The notes under the pieces: model-generated
What the model was told of the DNA's origin: nothing
Database searches by the model: none
What the model saw: only the letters and a program-made list of their open reading frames with translations
Program-made: the position numbers and the translations under genes
Source: Octopus sinensis
Taxonomy: Eukaryota
Assembly (NCBI RefSeq): GCF_006345805.1
Contig: NC_043003.1
Coordinates: 81,282,001-81,346,000, forward strand
Length of the DNA stretch: 64,000 nucleotides
Direction of reading: 5' to 3'
In this document: in pieces, positions 1 to 11,100 of the stretch
Numbering within the stretch: position 1 is the first letter of the stretch
Layout of the letters: the number at the start of each line of letters is the position of its first letter

Positions 1-15
1 TAATAATAATAATAA

Positions 16-50
<35 letters not shown>

Positions 51-72
51 CAACAATAATATTAATAATAAT

Positions 73-118
<46 letters not shown>
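1..118. repeat. (TAA)n followed by (TA)n microsatellite
   Basis: Direct reading of the sequence. Confidence 0.98.
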
Positions 119-121
<3 letters not shown>

Positions 122-674
122 TTCAACAATTGAGGGTAAAATTAATTAATTAATCAATTTCACCAAGTGTTCAGTATGCAAAGGGACCATTTAAGGCGAA
201 TTCAAGTATTACATTATATAAAAGGGCTTAGTAAAATAAATTACTTTGCCGCATACTGAACTCATTAGAAATAGCAGCTAAAAAACATTTATAAAACTAT
301 TTCTAATACTTAAAGAAAACCTCTCTCATATAGTGTTTGCTCAATTCAACTCACGGAAGTATAGGGGGTAGAGACATTAAAAAATCAGATGCAAAGGTTA
401 TTTGAGAACGTACGTTTCAAGATTAGTCAAAACTCGACATTTCTATCATCAGCTCAGAACTCCCTGGTTTGGATTTGAAAACACTGAAAGTGGGAGCATA
501 CTCCTTCGGCCTCCTATCGCTTTTGAAGATCCGCTCGTTACGAGCGGATCTCACTATATGAGAGAGGTTTTCTTTAAGTATTAGAAATAGTTTTATAAAT
601 GTTTTTTAGCTGCTATTTCTAATGAGTTCAGTATGCGGCAAAGTAATTTATTTTACTAAGCCCTTTTATATAAT
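119..674 (-). mobile_element. Non-autonomous Penelope-like/retrozyme-like element with inverted partial terminal duplication
   Basis: 213-335 is the exact reverse complement of 552-674 (123 bp). An 11-bp hairpin at 527-551 abuts the second arm. A hammerhead-like motif lies at 401-459 on the minus strand. TA repeats flank both sides. The class assignment is inference. Confidence 0.6.
401..459 (-). ncRNA. Candidate type I hammerhead ribozyme
   Basis: Minus strand reads TGAG-CTGATGA-[27-nt helix II]-GAAA-C-GTAC-G-T-T-CTCA. Core boxes are present, helix I is TGAG/CTCA, and helix III has a palindromic loop. Deviations are a U.U pair at the base of helix II and a GUU cleavage triplet. Confidence 0.5.
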
Positions 675-2017
675 ATATATATATATGTATATATATGCAT
701 ACGTACAATGTGTATCGATACTTTCCTCTGAGTACAAATGATTAATTATTTTTTTTGTCGAGTTATACAGTAAGCTATTTTTCAAATAGATAGGACAGTG
801 CTATGAACTGAGCTAAAATCACGCGAACTGAGATTTAAAAAGTTATTCGATGTATGACGAGTATCTTCTATCGTTTTAAGTTTAACAAAGTAGAAGCACA
901 GGGCGCAGAACGTTGATGACCGTTCCAAATTTTTAAGGTCTAAGTGACTGAGCTCCTCTCTGATTATAATGCAGTTCATTATTCGTAAGATAAACGCTAT
1001 ACAATTCTATTAAAAAGACCTCCAACTGATCGAAATCCATTGGCGACACGGAAGAACTAGCTGGTTGTTTAATCAGGAAATGCTTTCTGTTTAGTAGCTA
1101 GTTCGACGTATTCAGAATAAAAGAATTTTAACCGATTTCGGAGAACTAGTGAGAAAATTGCAATACATGAATATAAAGTATAAATCTAAAATCATAGAAG
1201 CTAACACGTGAAATGAACGTTTGCCTTGGTCTTACTCTATAGCAGACTAAATCTCATATCATTCAGATATAGAAATCGAAAGTCATTTGCAAGTGAATAT
1301 GAAGTATTGCTTCAATACAGTTGATATTAAACTAAATTTTCGGATTATCTTAAACCCTAGATTACATACACTGATAATGTTAGTTCATTGGATTATCTTT
1401 CAGAGTACGTCGATTCTTAACCTTAATGGAAAACAGATTTATTAAAGGTACACATGTACAACCTGGTTGAAATGCAAGATACTCTTCGCAGCAAACACAA
1501 GAGATTATTAATCTACCGAAGTCGTCATTTAATATCTTCGCGGATCGATAACGTGGATGCAACTTGAATATTTAGATGAATCTAATTGACCACAACCAAT
1601 ACTTTCCGCAAAATTGAAGCATCATGTCGATATCAAAAATCTATATCGATGAAACTTTCTAAGGCATAAAGCTATGCATTTTCTCGGGACTAGTTAAGTA
1701 AATTTAATTGACACACCAGTATTAACAGCTACATATTTTATTGACACCCCACAATCTAAACAACCAAAGTTGATAGGATTTGAACTTACAATAATTTTAT
1801 TCCCGTCTATAAATTAATAGTAAATAATAATACTTATGAATTATAAATGTATTGATCTGCAGTAAACGTAAAGACTCCTTTTTTATCTCATAGAAAACAA
1901 AAACAAAAAAACGATTGGTTATCTTATTACGCAAGGCGGTTACGAATATTCAGGGAAATGCAGGAGAGGCAAATCATACAAGTTAAAGTAATAATGGAAA
2001 TCTATGATAACTCATAA

Positions 2018-2460
2018 GGCTTAGGGATGGTTGTATGGTAGAAAGTTTGTTTCCCAACAACATGACTCCGGGGTTCAGTCCCATTGCTTGGCACCTTGAA
2101 AAAGTGTCTTCTCCTACAGGCCTGAACCAACCAAAGCCTGGTGAATGGATTCGATAGATGCAAACTGAAAGAAGTCTGTCGTATTTTATGTATGTCTGAG
2201 AGAGAGGGAGTGTGTGTGTGTCTGTATGTGCCTTTGTGTTAGTGTTTGTTCCCCACCAGCGCTTGACAACCGGTGCTGGTAAGTTTACATTCTTGTAACA
2301 TAACTGTTCAGCACAAGAAACAGATAGAATAAGTGTCAGATTTACAAAAGTTCAGTACTGGGATCAATCCAATTAACTAATAGTTCTTCAAAGCGGTACC
2401 CCAGAATGGCCACAGTCTAATGACTGGAATAAGTAGAAAATGAAAAATAAAAAATAAATA
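2018..2460 (+). mobile_element. Long tRNA-headed SINE with central microsatellite (family A), diverged copy
   Basis: GGGTTCAGTCCC B-box-like motif, GGCACCTTG..AAGTGTCTTCT core and 3' GGCGGT.CCCCAG..TGGCC.CAGTC..ATGACTG, all shared with other copies in the window. Confidence 0.85.
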
Positions 2461-2751
2461 AATACTATTGTTTAATCTATTTCTCGAAAAAGCGAGAAAT
2501 AAAAATGTGGTGGAAGAAATTAATAATGTATTTTCATGGAAATTGCTGTTTCTAAATAGCTCATTGACTAACGAAATATAAACTAAAATGTGGTAAACAT
2601 CTTTTGAAATTATTAAGAGAAATTAGACTTAAACTTAGAAAGTCATGCAGAATATATAACAACGGGATATCGAAACACACACGGACACACATACACACGC
2701 ACATATAAATACACCCATATATATGAGCACACATGCGTATATATTTATATA

Positions 2752-2793
<42 letters not shown>

Positions 2794-3367
2794 CACACGA
2801 ACAGGTGGAAAAAGTGAGAGATTCTAATAGTGAGACAACAACAGATATATGGCTAAATATAAACTGTTAGAACTAAAAACATTATGAGAAATGCAAATGC
2901 CAAGAAATACACAGATCACACAAACAATGTTCAAGTACCTATGTGATTAAGCAGCAGAATTTTTTTTTTAGCTAAATCAGTTTTAAAATGATAGTGAGGC
3001 AATACAATACGACTGCTATGGACAGACATTTGAATTGAAACATAACACTTATTTTTACAAACTATTTCCAAATAAGGATATACACAACCATCTATTTACT
3101 TATCACCAGTAGATCAAATTTTAGAACTTTCTAAAAATTAAATAGTTTTTGGTATTCTATACACGATTGCCTGTGCCTATATATAAACATTTATATATAC
3201 AAAGATACATATATATATAAATACATATTTTTGCTTTATATATATATATATGTAGGTATGTATGCATACATAATATATAAATAAATGCTTATGCACGTGG
3301 GTATATGTGTGTATGAAAATTGACAATATATCTGCCTTCATGTACGTGCATACGTATATGTATGTGC

Positions 3368-3417
<50 letters not shown>

Positions 3418-3509
3418 TGAGAGAGAGAGAGAGAGATACATATATATACATTATACATAAAATATTGTGTGGTTTGTATATATATAAAGATATATATATT
3501 CTCTTGCGT

Positions 3510-3870
3510 GTTTCATTCATTTGACTGAGGAAAACTGGAGGACCGCTTTTAGTCGAACGAATCGAATCCCAGACTTAATCGTTGTAAGCCAAGTACTAAT
3601 TATATTGCTCTCTTTTGTCGAACCGCTATGTTAGAGAGACGTAAACACACAAATATCAGTGCTCAAGTGTTGGTGAAGGGACAAGCACACACACACATAT
3701 ATGTATATATATATATACATATATATACTACGGGCTTCTTTCATACTCCATCTACCAAATCCACTCACAAGGCTTTGGTTGACCCCAGGCTATAGTAGAA
3801 GACAGTTGCCAAGGTGCTACACTGTAGAGACTTAACCCAGAACCATATAGTTAGGGAGGAAGTCACTCTA
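3510..3870 (-). mobile_element. Family A SINE, diverged copy
   Basis: Reverse complement matches 48664-49100 and 52815-53185 (e.g. CCAAATCCACTCACAAGGCTTTGGT). Confidence 0.85.
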
Positions 3871-4371
3871 GCACATATTATGTACTATATATTTGCGTAT
3901 GTATGCATTTATATATGCCGAATAAAATAGCAATGTTTTATTAATATATACGAAAAGCACAATTTAAACAGAATAAATTATGCACATTCTATATGCTATA
4001 TAAATGCTTGAGAAACTAATAAACACTCACAGAGCACACACACACACACACAAACTAATACACGCACACACAAATACACACGCACCCACACACACAACAC
4101 AAACACACATACATACAAACACAAACACATATGTATATCTATATTATATCTATAATGTGTGCAGCTTTATCGCTCAGAGCTGCGTTTATCATTTAAATAC
4201 TATTTAGAACTTTTATCCTTCATTATGTTCCAATTTTGTTCCAAGTAATTATTTTAATATAATCTGAAACACTTTACTAGTAATATCTTTCGAGACATAC
4301 ACATACACATCCTCACACACACACATATACATGTATGTATGTATGCATGTATCTATCTATCTATCTACCAA

Positions 4372-4417
<46 letters not shown>

Positions 4418-4420
<3 letters not shown>

Positions 4421-4775
4421 TTATTTAGTATGAAAATTGTTTCGATACTCTCTGCGACTGTCCTTTAGAGGCGAGATATTGTGCATCCAATTGTGTCGGC
4501 ATCGATAAGTGCAATCTTGGTCACATAATGTACATGCATACAGAAAGTTGATCCCCGTTAGATATATTAATATAACCATGATATAACCAAGATACAGCGG
4601 GCAGTAACAACATGCCTGTGAGAACTCAGTATATTCAGCGGGACCCGACTTTCTGTATGCATGTACCTTGTGACCCAGACTGCAATGATCGATACGACCA
4701 AATTGGATTCTGAATAACCCGCCCCTAAAGAATAATCGAAGGAGGGGTAGAAACGATCGTCATACTGAACAAAGA
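4418..4775. mobile_element. Foldback/MITE-like imperfect palindrome (~150-bp arms, ~60-bp spacer)
   Basis: The arms align as reverse complements along their length, including a perfect 18-mer TACATGCATACAGAAAGT / ACTTTCTGTATGCATGTA. No TSD was resolved. Confidence 0.75.
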
Positions 4776-4832
4776 CAAGTATCAAATGTATTCTCCGTTT
4801 CTTCCATCAATAATTTCAAATATGTATATATA

Positions 4833-5032
4833 TAGTTGGAACTTACAAAAAAAACAAAAGACGAAGACAGGTGTATAAACAACAAACAGGTGTATTAGTA
4901 TAACGCTCGTGAAGGTGAGAAAGTCTTTTAAGTTTCGAGCGTACGCTCTTCAATGGAAAGGAACACGAGAAAATAAACAGAGAGAATAAAAAGAGCTTTA
5001 GTGGCTAGCGGTCGATTATGGTGATGGCCGGA
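4833..5032 (-). mobile_element. Probable Penelope-like terminal-repeat fragment inserted in (TA)n
   Basis: Minus strand has GAAGAGC-GTAC-GCTC-GAAAC, a degenerate hammerhead-like signature of the kind found in PLE termini. TA repeats flank both sides. There is no ORF. Confidence 0.4.
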
Positions 5033-5048
5033 TATATATATATATACA

Positions 5049-5083
<35 letters not shown>

Positions 5084-5861
5084 GAGAGAGAAAAAGAGGA
5101 AGTGAGAGATGTCAATTAGAAAAATGTCAAATCCTAAAGCAAGAAATTACCAATACATAGCAAAAAACCTGTTCAATTTTCCGGATATATTTTCTTGAAC
5201 TTTTGGGTATGGTTTGAGTGGATACGTGTATCAATTGCATTTGACCAACCACCCTGAAGTTCCTGAGTTGTAAGTAGAATCGCATAGCAAAGCCTTTTTT
5301 CGAAAAGGTTCGAAGTCTAATGGAGGTATAAATTGAATGAGACGGCAGGTATTTTAAGAAGCTTATTTGACTTCAGTCATTTGCTAATTTATATGAATGG
5401 TAAAGGAATTTATGAACTCACCTTTGTTCTGCTGAAATTATTCTCTATTGCTAGTATGTTTCTAATCTATCTTCCGGGATTACGCGTCTTGCGTCTAGTT
5501 GACTCATTTGCTGGAAGACACATTAAAACAGAGAGTCACATACGAACATGATCTCAGTATTACAAATAATTACACATTTCTTCTGTACTGCCTAAGCTTT
5601 GGTCTTGCTTACTAAAGTTAAATGTATACAAACAGTTCTATATGATACATGTCTGTGTGTGTATGATAAATATATATCTCTATACAACATAGAATTTATG
5701 AGAATACTTATGATAAATTTTAATCAGTTATTTAGATCAAACACAAACCAAGACTTTGTCATAAAGGCAACTTTAAACTGCTTACCATTCCTTTATCGGT
5801 ACTGTGCTTGTATTATAAGTATATATATGTGTGTGTTTACTATCTACCTATTTATTTCTCT

Positions 5862-5907
<46 letters not shown>

Positions 5908-5926
5908 ATATATATATATACTTACA

Positions 5927-5966
<40 letters not shown>

Positions 5967-6513
5967 CATATAAACATATATATTCTTGCATATATCTGTA
6001 TATAATGAAAGTAATTAGTTATTAACACATTTTAATTATCATGAATAATAATTCCATGTTATCTGTAAGTCACACACTGTCTTTACAAACAATTTTGGTG
6101 CAAGACCTATTATTCCTACTTTTAGTTGTTATAGTTAATAAATCAAACAAAATCCAAAGCGACAGATAATTATGTCTCATTTAACATGTCGTTTATTTTC
6201 AACGACAAATTTCACTTCGTAAATGAGATATAATAATATTCAAAGGCAACGGGCGATACTTTCGCAAAGATATCCTGAAATACATCTCTTGATGTTGGAA
6301 ATGTCTATAATTAAAGAGACAGAATTCTGTAAATTAAGAGAGCTGTAGTAGTTATTTCTCATTTCTTTCATTTTGAATGAAATCACTTCTCGAGTTACTT
6401 ATAGAAATGATACTCTGTTCGAAATATGAAGGTTTGCATGGTAACACTTGATGCAACTGCTAGGCTGCTTAAAATACTTGTACATCGTGCTAAATTCTAT
6501 ATTTACTTTTGTT

Positions 6514-6747
6514 TAAGGCGGCAAGCTGGCAGAAACGTTAGCACGCCGGGCGAAATGCGTAGCCGTATTTCGTCTGTCGTTACGTTCTGAGTTCAAATTC
6601 CGCCGAGGTCGACTTTGCCTTTCATCCTTTCGGAGTCGATAAATAAAGTATCAGTTTCGCACTGGGGTCGATGTAATCGACTTAATCCCTTTGTCTGTCT
6701 TTGTTTGTCCCCTCTATGTTTAGCCCCTTGTGAGCAGTAAAGAAATA
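6514..6747 (+). mobile_element. Short tRNA-derived SINE (family B), intact with 16-bp TSD
   Basis: A box TGGCAGAAACG and B box GAGTTCAAATTCC. TSD TATATTTACTTTTGTT at 6498-6513 and 6748-6763. Confidence 0.95.
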
Positions 6748-6764
6748 TATATTTACTTTTGTTG

Positions 6765-6970
6765 TGTGGACGCCCCCAGACTATGAAGTAGGCTAGCCCA
6801 ATATGTAGTTATAGTGGGAGAAGTCTAGACGTCGACAAAGAGAGCAGTAGAAGAGAGCAGAGTTGAGTAAAAGTCATCCGAACGTGCGACATAGCAACTT
6901 TATATATTCGTTGTCCAGGTGGAGACGGGAACGGTTTTTTCGCTACTCTGTTCCCTAAACCGGCTACTCA
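6765..6970 (-). mobile_element. Probable solo LTR (~205 bp)
   Basis: Minus strand starts TG, contains AATATATAAAG (TATA-like) and ends CCACA. It is GC-richer than its flanks. No TSD was found. Confidence 0.4.
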
Positions 6971-8037
6971 TTACCAGCATTTCTTCTGGCTATACGTTCT
7001 GAGCTCAAATGCTGCTGAAATCAACTTTGTCTTTTCGGATTTCGAAGTCGATAAACTAGAAAGCACTGAAGTAAATAAAATAGGTTAGCTCCCTCCCTTC
7101 AAATTTCAGGCATTGTGTGTATAGTACAAAAAATTATTATTTAGTGTTTTGTTTTATATTTCACCTGACTTATTTTCTTTCCATTCACCTGCATTGTTTT
7201 TTTTTAGATGTTACACTCATTCGAGAGTGTCTATATTTGGAAAACACTTCTAGGAATTTTTAGTGACCAAATATATTGAGCTCAGTCCGTTTTCTTTTTC
7301 CATGCTTATTTCATCAATTTGGTATCAGAACAAAGTTATTGAGGCGTAAAGAGAAATGCAGATCCGCTTGAATAAAAAAAATAAATAAACGAAAGAGTCA
7401 CTTTAGATATGTGTATTTTGAATGGTTAAAATTGCGTCTTCTACAATTTTTTTTTTTTTCTCGATGAACGATCTCGGATCCAGGCAATTGCCAAACATGT
7501 ACCATTCTGAAATGTTACCAAAGTTTTAATTAAAATGTCTTGTTATTTCAGATTTCATCATCTTAGCTCAGCTCGTTTAACAGCTTTGGACAATAAATTA
7601 GTAGCTGCTTCCTGGAAATAGCGCGATGTCTTTTCAGATCAGATAGAGCCTCTCTCACTTCCCGTCATTCTCTCTCCCCTTCTCGCTTCATCTCTTCATT
7701 TATCAACTTGTTCCTCTCTTTCTTTCTGCTCCTGTCTCTCTCTTTCTCTCTTTCTTTCTCTTTCTCTCTCTCTCCCTCCATTCCTCTTTTCATTCTCTCT
7801 GTTTTGCTGTTTTATTACATGAGTTTGTTTAATGTTATTCTTTCTTAATATTCTTTGGACATGTTCAAGTTTCTCCGACCAAAATAGATGTATATATGTA
7901 TGTATATGCGTGTGTGTATGTGTGTGTGAGATTTATATCTGTGCGCGCACCCGACCCCGCATATATATGTGCACACACACACATATATATATATACATAC
8001 ATATATATATACATACATACATACATATATATATACA

Positions 8038-8120
<83 letters not shown>

Positions 8121-11100
8121 TAGGTAGACAGTGGAATGCGCTGAATGGTGTACTTGTTAAATGATATGTTATGAACAAAATTTAACCGTGACTAAGTTCC
8201 ACGATGAAGAGACAAATTCAGATTGTAATAAATGTAATTGGGAATATAATCGAGTCAAGAGTCTTGACTCTCGACAATGTGAAAGAAATTCTTGGAGTAT
8301 TGCGAAGGTAATATATAGGAAGAATATGAAAGAACAATCTAAATAAAAACAGCAACCAAATTCTTGGTAATGTGTGTGTGTGTGTGTGTGCGCGCGCGTG
8401 CGTATGTCTTTAGCAGTAGTCAAATTTAGGTGAATGTTACATTTGATGATTTCGTGGGAAATCGGTCGACTTTATATCTCGATGGGATATAAGATGAAGG
8501 AAGGCTACTTAGTACAGTTTTGTATGTTGCCCGATACTCTATTGATTCTTTGTAGATCTTGATATTTTGACTTTAATTCCGACGGGGTTGACTCTGCTCT
8601 TCATCCTTCCTAGATCGATAAAAATTGAGTATCAGTCAATTATTCAGGTCGATTCAAATAATCTACTATACTCACCTTCCGAAACTGCAAACTTGTTTGG
8701 ATGTTAGAAATCATAGAAACTGGAAAGAGATTGCTAATTACTAATGCGTTGAAGTAGGCTTCCATGTGCCGTTATGAGTAATATTTTTTTTTGTATCTTA
8801 ATTAAAGCTCTACATTCGGTTCTTTGAAGACAAGAGATGTTGCACTCATTGCTAATACCACTGCATCGTGAATACTCTTATAAATAACGATATGTATGTT
8901 AGGTTTCAATTAATGAAGGTGCGTATTTTCCTAAAAAATATTACTGAAAGACTGTTCTTTAAGAAGATCATGTTCTAGAGAAATTGAACAGTAAATATTT
9001 ATGTTGTTATCGTTGTAACAGTAAATGTATATGGTGTTATCGTTGAGTTCATAGAGCATACAGTGAGAATGAGGGATATCGAAATATTGTATTCATATGA
9101 CAGTAACGCGTAATTGGCTCAGCATCAAGCCCTTAGAACATTTAGCTAGAACCACTCTATTTTACAAGTATACGGAACATGCCTTATTTTATAGCAGGTT
9201 TCAAACTTAATGCTTTGATTTTTTTCAGCAGTAATTTATAAGGAGAGAGTATTTTTCTACTTTCCTCACCAACTGAAGAAAGAGGTTTAGGACACTAGTC
9301 TCTACGACTTTTGACTACGCTGTTCAAAAATTATACAGGAAATAGATATAATTGTAATACGTGTAGAAAAGAATGCATCTCTGTCATGATTTAAAATTGT
9401 GAGTAAACGTTATTTCTGCAGTTTACAATGTTTTCTCTACCTTACACGAAACACCACAACTGCATCGTTAGCCACACTACCATGAGATGTACTTGTCTTT
9501 TATGAAAGGTTGGGTATTTTTTGCACGTCATAAAGTATGCGCAAATTATTCAAAGTGCAAGTATTTCTCGCAGCCTTGTTTTATTGATGCAATGCTGTCT
9601 TAGCTACGTAGAGAGATGACTGACTTATAACCTATCGTTGGTTGTTGTTAAGCCTGACATTTTAACACATTAATCTACATCTGTATCCTTTTGAGGTTTG
9701 TAGACAGAAAATATTATTGTAGATATTAAATTACATTTCAATGATTTATGATATAACATTTCAACACTTTTACTTTAATTAACCTCCTAGGAAAAAAGCA
9801 GATAAATTATGGTGTCAGAATAAATATTTCATATAAATTTGATCAATATTATATCTATGTTTTTAAGACAAAGTGCTTACGGAAATACGAGATTTCCGGA
9901 TTAAATGCGTTAAACTATTTACGTTCCACTAGATTTCCAGCTCCAATATTACCAGAGTTGACCTTCATTTGTTAAAAAATCTTGTCTTAGTATTAGAGCA
10001 GCATCGATTAAGTTAGTAAATGATTGCGTCTCAACGAATGTCGTCCTTTAACCTTGTCAAAACACCAGTTCAATAATGACTTATTCCATTTGATGTTTTT
10101 TGTCGACAATCACTACAAATTCAAACACAATCTTTTCTCCTTTTGTAAAGTATAACCCTTTCTTAAGAGAGACGCGTGAGATATGAGAGGGGGATTTCAT
10201 TTCTATTTCTAGAAATTCAGATGACCATGTAATTTTCTTCTGTTGGCTATTATATTTATTAAAATATCTGGAGCTTCTAGTTTGTGAATACTGACAGTAA
10301 TTTTACACTTTCGTTTAGTTCAATGAGTTATATTTCCTTCTGTCCTCTCTTACATTGCAGGAGGAGGGGGATATTTTAACTCCTCTAGAATGGCAACTGT
10401 GACAACTATCACCAACATACTTTTTCACCGTGACTCTAACACCTTTTCCTCTGGATTGTCTTTTCTCCTCTGTGAATAATATTCATTTGTAAAGACTAAC
10501 TTCAACTTGGCACAACATTCTCCAACATAAACACTGTTTTCCTTTTCACAGCAAGTTTTTGCCGTGTCATCAATAACAATATTCCAAGAGTGTAATAAAT
10601 CCTGATTTAATCTAAAGTGCTTTGCGTTTTACAAATAACTATTCATATAACTCATGGAGACTGGAAGTACTGATCTGTTGAAATATAATATAATTAACAA
10701 CTATCATTTTGTGGATGATACTGGATACATCTTTAGGTAGTTGTCAATTATAATAGCCAATGTTTTTCACTCAGGTTAAATTACTCAAAAAACAAAAAAA
10801 GGATTAGTATTTTAAGGCGAAATAATCCAGCTAGAATTCTACATAGGGTCAAACACACACAACACACTTAGAACGACCAGTTAACATTTGATGAGGTTGT
10901 AACAAATCATTTCAGTTAATATATTAAAGTGCGCCCTTTATATAAATTTGATGAGCAATATAAATTCAGGAAATAAATGTTTTTATAAACATAGTTATCT
11001 AAATGGAAATAAGATTCATTTTCATTTAGAAAGAGTTTCTTATATTAGATTTGCGATTTCCAAAATTAATTTTGAAATTTAAATTCAAATGTTATCTCTT

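Noticed and set aside
4925-4960. GAAGAGC-GTAC-GCTC-GAAAC as a functional hammerhead (minus strand)
   Set aside because: C3 is missing, the helix II register overlaps the core, and there is no UH triplet with a paired helix I or III.
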